A stretch of 64,000 bases of DNA, from assembly GCA_002496385.1 (NCBI GenBank), contig DAJR01000049.1, forward strand, positions 198 through 64,197. The letters are read 5' to 3'. Below the pieces are notes generated by a model that was given only the letters and a program-made list of their open reading frames with translations, searched no databases and had not been told where the DNA came from. Of this stretch, positions 48,165 to 57,368 are shown in pieces. This DNA comes from Methanomassiliicoccales archaeon UBA147 (GTDB taxonomy: Archaea > Thermoplasmatota > Thermoplasmata > SG8-5). The stretch's first letter is position 1. Every line of letters begins with the position of its first letter. Made by a program: the position numbers and the translations under genes.

Positions 48165-49403
48165 TTGAATTACTTTCCTGTCGCAGTTCTGGGCATGGTC
48201 ATATTCCTCATTTCGATGAGGGGCCGGTGGAAGGGATACAAGATATGGCACGTCATGGCGCTGGGCGCGATGGCCGTGGTGTTCTCCGGTTATTTCTCCC
48301 CTATCCAGGCCCTTGAATCCGTGAACATCGACGTCATGCTTTTCCTTTTCGGGATGTTCGTGGTCGGCGAAGCCCTGGAGGAGAGCGGGTATCTTGGCCA
48401 GCTCACAAGCTGGCTGTACTGCCGGGGCCGCAGCGTGGACCATGTCGTCCTGCTGACCCTTTTCGGCATCGGGACTGCCTCGGCGATTCTCATGAACGAC
48501 ACGCTGGCCATAGTGGGAACACCCATCATGCTGTACCTTGCATCCAGGAACCGGGTTGATCACAAGCTTTTGCTCATCACGTTGGCTTTTGCCATCACCA
48601 TCGGCAGCGTCATGAGCCCGATAGGCAACCCGCAAAACCTTCTCATCGCGGTCGAAGGAGACGTGCACAACCCGTTCGTGACCTTCGCCGCATACCTCAT
48701 ACTGCCGACGCTCGTCAACCTTTTCATAGCCTATCTGTGGTTGAAGCTCCTGTTCAGAGAGGAATTCAAGAAACCCGCATCTGCAGAACCAACGGTGAAA
48801 ATAAAGGACGGGCGCCTGGCCTTATTGTGCAAGGTCTCCCTGGCATTGCTTTTCCTTTTAATTGCCCTGAAGATTGTCCTTGTGTCTGTGGGGGCCGGGA
48901 CGGACCTGAAGCTCACTTACATCGCACTTGTTTCAGCGGCGCCGATACTGATGTTCGCCCGCGGACGCGGCAAACTGCTTCGGAACATGGACTGGGGCAC
49001 CTTGATTTTCTTTGCGGCGATGTTCATCCTTACCGCGGCTGTGTGGGAGTCCGGGCTGATACAATCGGCGATATCCTACTTGGGTGTGGGCCTTCTCTCC
49101 GTCGCAGTCATCCTGGTTGTCAGCGTTGTTCTGAGCCAGGTGATGTCCAACGTTCCTCTTGTTGCCCTGTACCTGCCGATTCTGCTCAGTCTGGGCGCAT
49201 CGACAAAGGAGCTGATGACCCTGGCTGCGGGAAGCACCATCGCAGGGAATTTCCTCATCATCGGCGCAGCCAGCAACATAATCATCATCCAGAATGCCGA
49301 GAAGCACGGGAAGGCCGGGTTCGGCTTCCTGGAGTTCGCAAGGGTGGGCATCCCGCTGACAATCGTGAATATTCTGGTGTATTGGGTCTTTTTCAGCCTC
49401 TGA
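48165..49403 (+). CDS. ArsB/NhaD-superfamily (citrate-transporter-like) anion permease
   Basis: About 10-12 TM segments, with GSVMSPIGNPQNL and GNFLIIGAASNIII hairpin-like motifs typical of the superfamily. Confidence 0.75.
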   Translation: MNYFPVAVLGMVIFLISMRGRWKGYKIWHVMALGAMAVVFSGYFSPIQALESVNIDVMLFLFGMFVVGEALEESGYLGQLTSWLYCRGRSVDHVVLLTLFGIGTASAILMNDTLAIVGTPIMLYLASRNRVDHKLLLITLAFAITIGSVMSPIGNPQNLLIAVEGDVHNPFVTFAAYLILPTLVNLFIAYLWLKLLFREEFKKPASAEPTVKIKDGRLALLCKVSLALLFLLIALKIVLVSVGAGTDLKLTYIALVSAAPILMFARGRGKLLRNMDWGTLIFFAAMFILTAAVWESGLIQSAISYLGVGLLSVAVILVVSVVLSQVMSNVPLVALYLPILLSLGASTKELMTLAAGSTIAGNFLIIGAASNIIIIQNAEKHGKAGFGFLEFARVGIPLTIVNILVYWVFFSL

Positions 49404-49463
49404 CCCTTCATATTATAGAATAATATCATAATATATAATATACACAAAGTCATTTCTCGACGG

Positions 49464-49766
49464 ATGAGGCTTACGCGTCAGAGGACATGGATCCACAGGA
49501 ACGAGATGGTTGAGAGCATCGTCCTCGAGGACGGAGGAAAGATAAAATTCTACAGCCATACATACATGGGGCGTGCGCGGGGAAATGCCTGGATGCCATT
49601 CGTCAAGTGGGACAACTGGGACAGGCAGCCGCATGTGGACAAGTTCGACGGAAGCGGCGTGATGGTGGGCCAGGAAGCCTGCAACGAGAAGAGCCTGGAG
49701 GACGTTCTGAAACTGGTTCAGATATTCAGGAAAAATCTTCTAAGCATGGAGCTATCAAAACTGTGA
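49464..49766 (+). CDS. TumE-like (DUF6516-like) putative toxin
   Basis: The pattern KFYSH....FVKWDNWDRQPHVDKF......SLEDVLKLV resembles the DUF6516 RyDNapHh...sleevl pattern. It is paired with the HTH gene 8 nt downstream. Confidence 0.45.
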   Translation: MRLTRQRTWIHRNEMVESIVLEDGGKIKFYSHTYMGRARGNAWMPFVKWDNWDRQPHVDKFDGSGVMVGQEACNEKSLEDVLKLVQIFRKNLLSMELSKL

Positions 49767-49774
49767 GGGACGCC

Positions 49775-50215
49775 ATGAAAATCAGAATCACAAAACGGAG
49801 AAAATCGGCCGACATCGAAGGCCTTATGGCCGCATGGGAAAAGAAATACGGCTCACAGGTGTCGCTGCATCAGAAGCTGCTGATTTCCAAATGCACATCT
49901 CCGGAGCTTATGACCGATTATGTTCTGTGGAACAGCCTGTCCCAGGGCGCTGAATTCCAGGACATCATCGTGGTGAAGGACCCCGATATATTTGAAGTTT
50001 TGACTCCCAAACGGATGGAGATACTGGAACATCTCATGGGCAATGAGCCGGCGTCGATAAGATCCCTCGCTGGGGCCATTCACAGAAATTACAAGAACAC
50101 GTACGATGACCTTACAGCCCTCGCAAGGTATGGTTTGATCGACATTGTCCCGCGCGGCCGCTCTTCACGGCCTTCTGCGGCCGCATCGAAGATAGAGATC
50201 ACTTTTGACCCCTAA
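49775..50215 (+). CDS. HVO_A0114/TumA-like winged-helix DNA-binding protein
   Basis: VLTPKRMEILEHLMGNEPASIRSLAGAIHRNYKNTYDDLTALARYGLIDIVPRGRSSRP...IEITFD. The start was chosen at ATG 49775. Confidence 0.6.
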   Translation: MKIRITKRRKSADIEGLMAAWEKKYGSQVSLHQKLLISKCTSPELMTDYVLWNSLSQGAEFQDIIVVKDPDIFEVLTPKRMEILEHLMGNEPASIRSLAGAIHRNYKNTYDDLTALARYGLIDIVPRGRSSRPSAAASKIEITFDP

Positions 50216-50283
50216 TTTACTTTTCATACCATAATATCTTGAAAAATATACTGGCTCTTTAATTTACCTTTTATACCATATAT
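50214..50283 (+). promoter_or_regulatory. Pair of 23-25 bp direct repeats in the AT-rich leader of the 7-gene operon
   Basis: AATTTACTTTTCATACCATAATAT (50214-50238) and AATTTACCTTTTATACCATATAT (50261-50283). A TATA-like ATATATTTAAAC and a GAGGT SD follow before the ATG at 50368. Confidence 0.45.
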
Positions 50284-50367
50284 TTGATTAACCCCGAAAA
50301 AAGGATAAATTCTACGAAATATATTTAAACATGAAGAGATATTACTCGCACGTATAGAGGTAGGAAG

Positions 50368-50889
50368 ATGAAGGCTCAAAAATATGAGAATGTCGAGTTT
50401 GTGATAAACCACTCGGGCGACGAAGGCATAAAACTCAGCCTGATTTGGCGCAAAGGGGGCCTTTATCTGTCTCTGTCGGGTCTGTTCCTGACAGATGGAT
50501 CTACATGGTACGAACTTCCAGTCAAGGACCTGGAAAACATCACCGTGGTAAGCGATGAGCCCCTGAAACTGAGGCTGAAGATCCCGTCCCTTGACATAAT
50601 GGTCTCGGGCCAGCGCGCCGAACGGCTCCTTGCCCTGCGCCACTTCCTGCTCCCCTCTATATCTGGCGAAGGCGGCACAGACAAACTGAAATCGCTTCTG
50701 CGCTTCAGGGCGCTGGGCATTTCCGATCCCGAGCTCCTTTCGAAACTGCTGAACATCGATTCCCAGAATGTGGAGGACCTCACAGGGATTGCCAAGGAAA
50801 AAGGGCTCTTGGACTCTGACGGAAGGCTCACCGAAGCAGGAGATTCCCTGATTTTTGTTCCCGGTGAGAGGGAGGGGCGGCATGAATAA
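50368..50889 (+). CDS. Operon gene 1: hypothetical protein with a beta-rich N-terminal domain and a wHTH-like C-terminus
   Basis: 173 aa. The N-terminus VEFVINHSGDEGIKLSLIWRKGGLYLSLSGLFLTDGSTWYELPVKDL looks beta-rich (PH/GRAM-like is a guess). The C-terminus ISDPELLSKLLNIDSQNVEDLTGIAKEKGLLDSDGRLTEAG looks wHTH-like. SD-like GAGGT lies upstream. Confidence 0.6.
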   Translation: MKAQKYENVEFVINHSGDEGIKLSLIWRKGGLYLSLSGLFLTDGSTWYELPVKDLENITVVSDEPLKLRLKIPSLDIMVSGQRAERLLALRHFLLPSISGEGGTDKLKSLLRFRALGISDPELLSKLLNIDSQNVEDLTGIAKEKGLLDSDGRLTEAGDSLIFVPGEREGRHE

Positions 50890-51772
50890 CAAAGCCAACG
50901 AGTTCAGCAGCTTTGCCGAGACAATCGCCTCGCTCGGTACACTGACCAAACTCGAGTCAGCCGTGTCCGCCGCAATTAAAAGTTCAAGAGTGCCACCGAA
51001 GGAAACTCGGAAACTCCTCAAATGCCTGAGCGTGCAGGAGGCTGGCAACACCGCTCTGTTCCAATTCATGAGGGACCTTTTCAGCAAAGTGGGCGTCGGG
51101 GAGCTCGAAATCATAAAAAATGATATATTCCGGTACGATTTCGCAATCGAGAATTCGCCCGTATGCAAGCTCTACCCGCACGTGAAGAATAAGAAAACTT
51201 GCTACATAACCGCCGAGTCCCTGTCCCAGTTCTTCTCGAAGGACCTCAGTCTGCCCGGCACTGTCGAGGAAACAGCATGCCGCAATGCGGGCGATGCGCG
51301 ATGCGAGTTCGCGGTTTCCCTCCAGCCGCTTGCCGTTTACCAGTTGGCGCTGGACGATGTTGACAAGACCATAATCAGCAATGTCATGGAAGGGCAAAAC
51401 CGGGCGCGGATATCCGAGTCCCTGGAGATGGCCGACGATGAAGTTCTATTCAGGATGAATATCCTCAAAAGATACAAAATCCTAAATGACGATTACGAAA
51501 TGACCGAGATTGGCGAAACCTATCACAAGTACGGCGAGGGAATGGGCGGTGCGGAGGAGGACTTCCAGGCCCCGTGGAAGGATATGGCCATAATCTCAGA
51601 CGCCATTTCGGCGTCAACCTCCTTTGCAGAGGCCTTCACCGAGACGGCGAACGGCGAACCGCTCTGGGAAGTGAAGGAGAAGGACATAGTCAATCTGGCC
51701 GATGAGGCAAAAAAGAGCAAGAGTTTCGCCGAGTTACTGTCAAAACAGGTTAAGAGCGACATGGAGGAATAG
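50882..51772 (+). CDS. Operon gene 2: V4R-domain protein with a wHTH module
   Basis: V4R-like Cys pattern SPVCKLYPHVKNKKTCYITAESL...VEETACRNAGDARCEFAV, followed by IISNVMEGQNRARISESLEMADDEVLFRMNILKRYKIL. The ATG at 50882 overlaps the 3' end of gene 1 by 8 nt. Confidence 0.65.
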   Translation: MNNKANEFSSFAETIASLGTLTKLESAVSAAIKSSRVPPKETRKLLKCLSVQEAGNTALFQFMRDLFSKVGVGELEIIKNDIFRYDFAIENSPVCKLYPHVKNKKTCYITAESLSQFFSKDLSLPGTVEETACRNAGDARCEFAVSLQPLAVYQLALDDVDKTIISNVMEGQNRARISESLEMADDEVLFRMNILKRYKILNDDYEMTEIGETYHKYGEGMGGAEEDFQAPWKDMAIISDAISASTSFAEAFTETANGEPLWEVKEKDIVNLADEAKKSKSFAELLSKQVKSDMEE

Positions 51773-51774
51773 AT

Positions 51775-52650
51775 ATGGCAAGAATAAAGACCGGAATATT
51801 TGGGTTGGATCAACTCATTGAAGGCGGAGTGCGGGACAACACTGCAATAGTGATTGTGGGTTCCAGCGGTACAGGCAAAACTACGTTTGCAATGCAGTTT
51901 CTGATGCATGGGATAGAGAACGGAGAGCAGGGGCTTTACGTCACAATGGAGGAATCCCCTGAACAGCTGATGAAGGAAGCCGAGATGCTTGGCTGGGACA
52001 TGAAGAAGCATTTCGAGAAATCCCTATTCTTCATTCATCTCAAGGGCAAGAATTTCAAGAAGATGATAGACGAACAGATACCGCAGCTGGTAAAGGCCAG
52101 AAGCGACTATGACATCAAGACCCGTGTGGTAATCGACCCGATGACCCCGGTCATCTGGGCGACCGAAGACAAACTTCAGCAGAGAGAAATGATAGGAAAA
52201 CTCTTCTACACGCTAAAGGAACTGGGGGTCGTGATGGCCACAGTCGAAGAGCATTCCAGGCCGGGCGAGATAATCGGCGAGGACGTGCTATTGCCTGTTT
52301 ACCTGGCAGACGGGGCGATCAACCTTGAGTACTATCCCATAGGCGGAGCCTTCAACAGAACCCTGAAAATCATCAAGATGAGGGGGACCCATCACGGCGA
52401 GGGCGTCTATCCTTACATATTCGCAAGGGGCGCGGGCGCCATCATCCGCACGTCCCCGGCCGAGGCCATCAAGGCCGAGGATGGCCAGGATTTCAAGAAC
52501 GTGTTCGACGAGGCGATAAAGACCGCCGAATTCATAAAGGCGCCGGAGAGCGTGATATCCAAACTCAAGTACATGAAGGATACCTGGACATACAACTATT
52601 CGCCCGAGGAAGTGCTCCAGGTGATGTTCGACTCGTACGGACTCAAGTAA
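51775..52650 (+). CDS. Operon gene 3: single-domain KaiC-like / RecA-superfamily ATPase
   Basis: RIKTGIFGLDQLIEGGVRDNTAIVIVGSSGTGKTTFAMQF (Walker A), VVIDPM (Walker B) and KMRGTHHGEG. There is an extra C-terminal tail of about 60 aa. GGAGG lies 7 nt upstream, and the gap to gene 2 is 2 nt. Confidence 0.85.
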   Translation: MARIKTGIFGLDQLIEGGVRDNTAIVIVGSSGTGKTTFAMQFLMHGIENGEQGLYVTMEESPEQLMKEAEMLGWDMKKHFEKSLFFIHLKGKNFKKMIDEQIPQLVKARSDYDIKTRVVIDPMTPVIWATEDKLQQREMIGKLFYTLKELGVVMATVEEHSRPGEIIGEDVLLPVYLADGAINLEYYPIGGAFNRTLKIIKMRGTHHGEGVYPYIFARGAGAIIRTSPAEAIKAEDGQDFKNVFDEAIKTAEFIKAPESVISKLKYMKDTWTYNYSPEEVLQVMFDSYGLK

Positions 52651-52669
52651 AGCCTAATGGAGGGCTCCG

Positions 52670-53461
52670 ATGGTAGAGAAGAAGAAAATCGACAAGAGGA
52701 TGGAAGCCAAAACCGTGGTCCAGCTCAAGCACATGTTCGAGATGGAGCTCAAGAGAATCAAGGAGGACAATGGGATTGACATTCTCATGTTCGTGGGGAT
52801 AGACGGGCGCATCTTCGCATCTATCATACCGCCGATACTGAATCCCGTCCAGTTCAAATTCCTGAACCTTGTGAAAGGCAACCTTACCTTCGTCTGCAGC
52901 CAGCTCCAGGGCGACAACCTCAAGGTGAGCATCCAGCAATACGAGATCGGCACCGTCGTGATATCCGGCGTCGGCTCAAATTGCTTCCTCGCCTCGATAT
53001 TCTCCAAGCCGCTGTCAATCGACACGATGGGCCCGACGATCCATAATCTGATGAACGGGAGCATTGTCCTGAACCATCTGTTCGAGCAGCGCCCAATGGA
53101 CCCGGAACATCTGAAGGGATATGACAAGGCAGTGACCGACGAACTCTCCAAACTCACAAGGCAGCTGTTCGTCGAAAAATTCGACGAGACCCGGGAGTAC
53201 AAGCGTAACATGGAGCTCCTGAAGTTCCTGAAGCAGAAGATCGGCAGCGTCGTGGGGATTGGCGCTGTGGACGAGATAGTGACCGTTACCATGAACGAGA
53301 TGGGCACCAGCCCGGCGTACATGAAAGACAATGACTGGCTGAAATTCGTCGACCGCATCATCGAAGCCCACATCCGAGTCAAGGGCGGCGAAATAGTGGC
53401 CGAGGAATGCAAGAAGACATGGATTCCAGAGGTGGAGCGGAAACTCAAATCATTCGTTTGA
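52670..53461 (+). CDS. Operon gene 4: Roadblock/LC7 (MglB)-like N-terminal domain protein with a helical C-terminal half
   Basis: GIDILMFVGIDGRIFASIIPP...LKVSIQQYEIGTVVISGVGSNCFLASIFSK fits the Roadblock alpha-beta-alpha pattern by eye. GGAGGG lies 8 nt upstream. Confidence 0.6.
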   Translation: MVEKKKIDKRMEAKTVVQLKHMFEMELKRIKEDNGIDILMFVGIDGRIFASIIPPILNPVQFKFLNLVKGNLTFVCSQLQGDNLKVSIQQYEIGTVVISGVGSNCFLASIFSKPLSIDTMGPTIHNLMNGSIVLNHLFEQRPMDPEHLKGYDKAVTDELSKLTRQLFVEKFDETREYKRNMELLKFLKQKIGSVVGIGAVDEIVTVTMNEMGTSPAYMKDNDWLKFVDRIIEAHIRVKGGEIVAEECKKTWIPEVERKLKSFV

Positions 53462-53468
53462 TGCAGGG

Positions 53469-56093
53469 ATGGGAATGTCGAAGAAAAGCGAGAAAAAACC
53501 AAAGAGGAGTGCTAAGCCGGGCGCTAAGGCCAGCTCGGCGGAGAAATCCCCGAAGGAAGCACCCCTCCCCCCTGTCAAAATTCCCAAACCGAAGAAGCCT
53601 GGCATTTTTTGCGGGATATGCAACAAACCGATGAAGGATGAGAAGACCCGAAAGCTCCATGAAAGGCACTGCAAACCAAAGCCCGAAGCGCCCGCCAAAT
53701 CTGAGAAAGACCTTTTTGAATCGGCAATCGTGGAGTTGAAAGACAGATTCAACGACGAGGTCCAGTCGATGTCCAAAACCCTTCAGGAAAGGGAGGAGCA
53801 CCACCAAAGGGAGCTTGACGAGGTCCGGACGGTGCTCCGAATGGAGATTGACCATCACAGGAAGGAGCTGGAGAGGATCAGCAAGGTTGAAAAGGAGGTC
53901 GCCGCGGAAAAACTTTCACACCACGAGGAACCCCAAGCACATGAAGTGCCGCCCCCCTCCGAGCCTGTACCCATTGAACCTGAACCCCAGCCCACAGCCA
54001 GGGTGCCAGACGGCCGGCCCAAGGCGATAGACATGCTGCCTCTTCCGCTGCCCACCATTCCCAAGAAACGGTACCAACCGCTGCCCGAACAGGAATTCAT
54101 TCCTGATCTGGACCATGAGGAGGCTGCCCCGGTTCCCGCGGAAACGCATCACGGCCTCGAACGCGAAGAGGTGGAGGCGATGGTCCGCGACATTATGAAA
54201 ACCGCTCCGCAACCCGCCCCAACGGTCGGGAACATCGGCGGCATCGCCGAGAAGATTGAACGGCTGGACACAAGAATTGAAAAGAACGTCTCCGACCTCA
54301 GAAAGGCGATGGACCGCATCGCCAGCGATGACACATTAAAGAGGTTCGAGAAGGACCTGGCCCGGGTGACAGAGAGGGTCCAGGACATCATGGAGGACAG
54401 CGGATACGGCGAGAGCCTGAGCGTTGCAAAGATCCCCCCCACCATCCTCGAGATCGTTTACCAGGCGATACTGGATGACATCCACATCGAGATAATCAAG
54501 ACCAAAGGCCCCCAGGACGCGGAGCGCTTCGCAAGGAGCGCACTCGAGGAGGTCCGGCTGAAGACCAGCGGGAGCGAGCTATTCAAATTCGACGGCAGGA
54601 AGATTGTCACCGACAGCCTAGCCAGATCTATAGAGGCCAACCTGATATCCGCGAGACAGATACAGACGACCTACGATGTGCTGCTGGACAAGCTTCTCGA
54701 GACCGTCCCGCATTACAAGGCCAAGAATTTCAAAGGCATGATAAAGATCAAGAGCCAGGAATTCGCGGTGGACAAAGCCACGAAGCTGACCAAGGAGTTT
54801 CTGAGGTTCGAGAAGGTCATGGAGTCCACCAACCAGATGGTTGCGGCCATGGCAGCGAACTTCAACAGCCGGAATCTAGAACTTCACGAAACAGTGAACG
54901 AGATGAAGAACAACACCCTCGCCACCAAAGCCGACCGTGAGGAAATTGAGTCGCTCAGGTCAAAGGTCGAGGCGGCGAACGAGCGAATATCCGCTCTTTC
55001 CAATGAACTGTCGCTGCTGAAAGCTGAGTTGGAGATGAAGGAGCAGATGAAAACGCCCGACACCATTCAACCAGAGGGTGCAGAGGACATGATAATGGCT
55101 CCCGGCGAGATGCCTGGTGGCACAGAGGACGGCACGGCCGAGCCGGCATCGGATGCCCAGGCCGGCACCGAGGAGACAGACGAGAAGATAATCGAGGCAA
55201 TCCGTGGCGGTTCCGGGACCAAGACCGCCATAGTGAAGGCTACCGGCCTCGAAGAGCCTGAAGTCAAAGATGCCATCGCCCGCCTTGTGGAGCAGAGGAA
55301 GATAATCGAGAAAAAATCCGGGAAACGGTCGAAATACACGACTCTCGACAGGGAACTGGAGGAAAAATTGGTGGAATTCCCTGCAGAGGAACCCGGAAAG
55401 AAACCGAAGAAGGGCGGTAAAAAGCGGAAAGCGTCGGAAAGCGGAGATGAATTCGCAGAGCCAACTCCCATACCAGAACCCGAGCCTATCGCCCCGGCGA
55501 CCGAACCCGTTCCTCCCGGGCCCGCAATACAGGAGCAAGAGCCCGTACAGGTTGCACCCGATGAACCGCCCGAGCCAACACCCGAACCCGCCCCCGCCGA
55601 GCCCGAGATTCAGGAACCCGAGCCAAAGGAGCCTGTGGAGTCCAAACCCGCCAGAAAGGGGAAAAAGGGAAAGGGGTCCAAACCCCGAGCAATGATAGTG
55701 GAGCCGGTTGCGGAGCCGAAGGAACCAGAAATGCCCGAACCGTCCCCCGAGGAACCCGAACCACCCACCGCCGAACCAGTGGAGGAAAAAGCCCCAACGA
55801 CTACGGACATCGCAGATGATTTTCCGGTAATCCAAAAAGCGCTCGAGGACCTCTCGGAGGACGAGAAACGCGTCCTCGAGTCCCTGAGCGAGGACGGTAT
55901 GACCGTCTCCGGCATCCAGTCAAAGATCGGGAAGGACCTGAAGCGTTTCGCGCTTCTGCGCGCCCTCCGCGTCCTGATAGACTCTGGCCACGTGGGGATT
56001 CTGACCAAGGGGCGGCTTGAGCTGTATCAGAGAATCAATGTCCAAAAAACAGAAAAAAACGAAAGAGAGAAGAGCAAAAAGGAGGTGAAGTAA
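53469..56093 (+). CDS. Operon gene 5: 874-aa protein with a basic N-terminus, a C2H2/C2HC-spaced zinc finger, coiled coils, Pro/Glu-rich linkers and two wHTH-like modules
   Basis: CGICNKPMKDEKTRKLHERHC (aa 48-68). Heptad-like stretches such as REEIESLRSKVEAANERISALSNELSLLKAELEMKEQ. PEPEP low-complexity runs. wHTH-like EKIIEAIRGGSGTKTAIVKATGLEEPEVKDAIARLVEQRKI and EKRVLESLSEDGMTVSGIQSKIGKDLKRFALLRALRVLIDSGHV. Confidence 0.7.
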   Translation: MGMSKKSEKKPKRSAKPGAKASSAEKSPKEAPLPPVKIPKPKKPGIFCGICNKPMKDEKTRKLHERHCKPKPEAPAKSEKDLFESAIVELKDRFNDEVQSMSKTLQEREEHHQRELDEVRTVLRMEIDHHRKELERISKVEKEVAAEKLSHHEEPQAHEVPPPSEPVPIEPEPQPTARVPDGRPKAIDMLPLPLPTIPKKRYQPLPEQEFIPDLDHEEAAPVPAETHHGLEREEVEAMVRDIMKTAPQPAPTVGNIGGIAEKIERLDTRIEKNVSDLRKAMDRIASDDTLKRFEKDLARVTERVQDIMEDSGYGESLSVAKIPPTILEIVYQAILDDIHIEIIKTKGPQDAERFARSALEEVRLKTSGSELFKFDGRKIVTDSLARSIEANLISARQIQTTYDVLLDKLLETVPHYKAKNFKGMIKIKSQEFAVDKATKLTKEFLRFEKVMESTNQMVAAMAANFNSRNLELHETVNEMKNNTLATKADREEIESLRSKVEAANERISALSNELSLLKAELEMKEQMKTPDTIQPEGAEDMIMAPGEMPGGTEDGTAEPASDAQAGTEETDEKIIEAIRGGSGTKTAIVKATGLEEPEVKDAIARLVEQRKIIEKKSGKRSKYTTLDRELEEKLVEFPAEEPGKKPKKGGKKRKASESGDEFAEPTPIPEPEPIAPATEPVPPGPAIQEQEPVQVAPDEPPEPTPEPAPAEPEIQEPEPKEPVESKPARKGKKGKGSKPRAMIVEPVAEPKEPEMPEPSPEEPEPPTAEPVEEKAPTTTDIADDFPVIQKALEDLSEDEKRVLESLSEDGMTVSGIQSKIGKDLKRFALLRALRVLIDSGHVGILTKGRLELYQRINVQKTEKNEREKSKKEVK

Positions 56094-56726
56094 TTGCTCG
56101 ATGTAGCATTGGTCTCGCTCATTCAGGATATGAGCGAGAAGGCTGGTGTCGAAGGCACCATCCAATACTGGGCTAGAGTAGGTGAAAGCCTGGCCAAGAG
56201 AATGGGAAAGGAAGCGTACATGGGCTGGCCTTCTTTCAACGTAGCGTTGAGAGAGGGGCGGACCGCCTTCTCGATAGAGGGAAGCGTAACGGCCTTGACC
56301 GATCTGGCCATAACGGACGTCGACGGCGATGTGGTGGGGTACATTTATGCCCTGGAGACCTGCGTGTTCAATCCCACGATTGTGAGGATAAGGTACAGCG
56401 TGGGCGAACTTCCGCGCGCAGACAGCGCAGTAGCCGAGGAGTACAACAACAGCGTGCGCGACACGGCGGTCTGCAATTTCTGCGTCATCCACCAGAGATT
56501 CAGAGAAGAGGTGGCGAAGAACATATCGATAGCGGACCAGAGCCTTGACTGCGTGCAGCTGGCGAACAGAGGATTCTCCGGCGAAACGAAGATAACCGAG
56601 GATGCGCTGAAGAAGATAGGCATCAACCCCGAGTACGTCCGAAGCTTGCTGAGGAACTATGCCTGCGTGTATGCGATAATGATGCGCGGCGCAAGGCTCA
56701 GAGGCGAAGCGGAGGATTCCAAGTAG
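56094..56726 (+). CDS. Operon gene 6: Cys-containing protein of unknown family, paralog of gene 7
   Basis: The TTG start directly abuts the gene 5 stop codon and has GGAGGTG 7 nt upstream. An ATG at 56130 is the alternative. Shares AEEYNNSV, CVIHQRFR and LLRN blocks with gene 7. Confidence 0.6.
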   Translation: MLDVALVSLIQDMSEKAGVEGTIQYWARVGESLAKRMGKEAYMGWPSFNVALREGRTAFSIEGSVTALTDLAITDVDGDVVGYIYALETCVFNPTIVRIRYSVGELPRADSAVAEEYNNSVRDTAVCNFCVIHQRFREEVAKNISIADQSLDCVQLANRGFSGETKITEDALKKIGINPEYVRSLLRNYACVYAIMMRGARLRGEAEDSK

Positions 56727-56731
56727 GAGGC

Positions 56732-57352
56732 ATGAACATGAGCGAAAGACGAAAATTTCTGATAGACGACAACCCGTTCGTGGACGTGGCCGCCTGCCTG
56801 TTCCTCGAGGACATCGCCGACAAGCAGGGCGCCAGCGGAATGAACAATTACCTTGTGAGCCTGGCGACGTCGCTTGCCAAGAGCATGCCGGAAGAGGAAT
56901 ACCGCACCTGGGACCAGTTCCTTGATTCCCTCGTGAAGGGCGAATCCATCATCTCTGCGTTCGAGGACGTGATAACCATCACGCCCCACTGCGCGGTGAC
57001 CACCAAATGCCCGTTCACAAAGGGATGGCAGGAGTACACCAAGAGGATTGGCACATTCTCGAAGATACACGCCGATGTGGCGGAGTATTACAACTCTGTC
57101 TACAAGCCCGGCACCATCAACTCGATGTGCATCATCCACCAGACGTTCAGGAACGCAGCAGCCGACCGCATAAAGGTCGCGGGCAAGCCCCTGAAGATAG
57201 GCCAGATCGCGGCGGTGTGGGAAGACGGCAACAGGAAGATCGCGCCGGACGAATGGATGCCCATCCTGCTGGAGAAGGCACAGATATCCCGCACGGACCT
57301 GAACATGATACTCAGGAACAACGCCGATGTCTGGGTAATGTACACCGACTGA
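56732..57352 (+). CDS. Operon gene 7: Cys-containing protein of unknown family, paralog of gene 6
   Basis: AGGAGG lies 5 nt upstream of the ATG. Motifs HCAVTTKCPFTKGW, AEYYNSV, CIIHQTFR and ILRN. Confidence 0.65.
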   Translation: MNMSERRKFLIDDNPFVDVAACLFLEDIADKQGASGMNNYLVSLATSLAKSMPEEEYRTWDQFLDSLVKGESIISAFEDVITITPHCAVTTKCPFTKGWQEYTKRIGTFSKIHADVAEYYNSVYKPGTINSMCIIHQTFRNAAADRIKVAGKPLKIGQIAAVWEDGNRKIAPDEWMPILLEKAQISRTDLNMILRNNADVWVMYTD

Positions 57353-57368
57353 ACGCCAAAACACCAAT

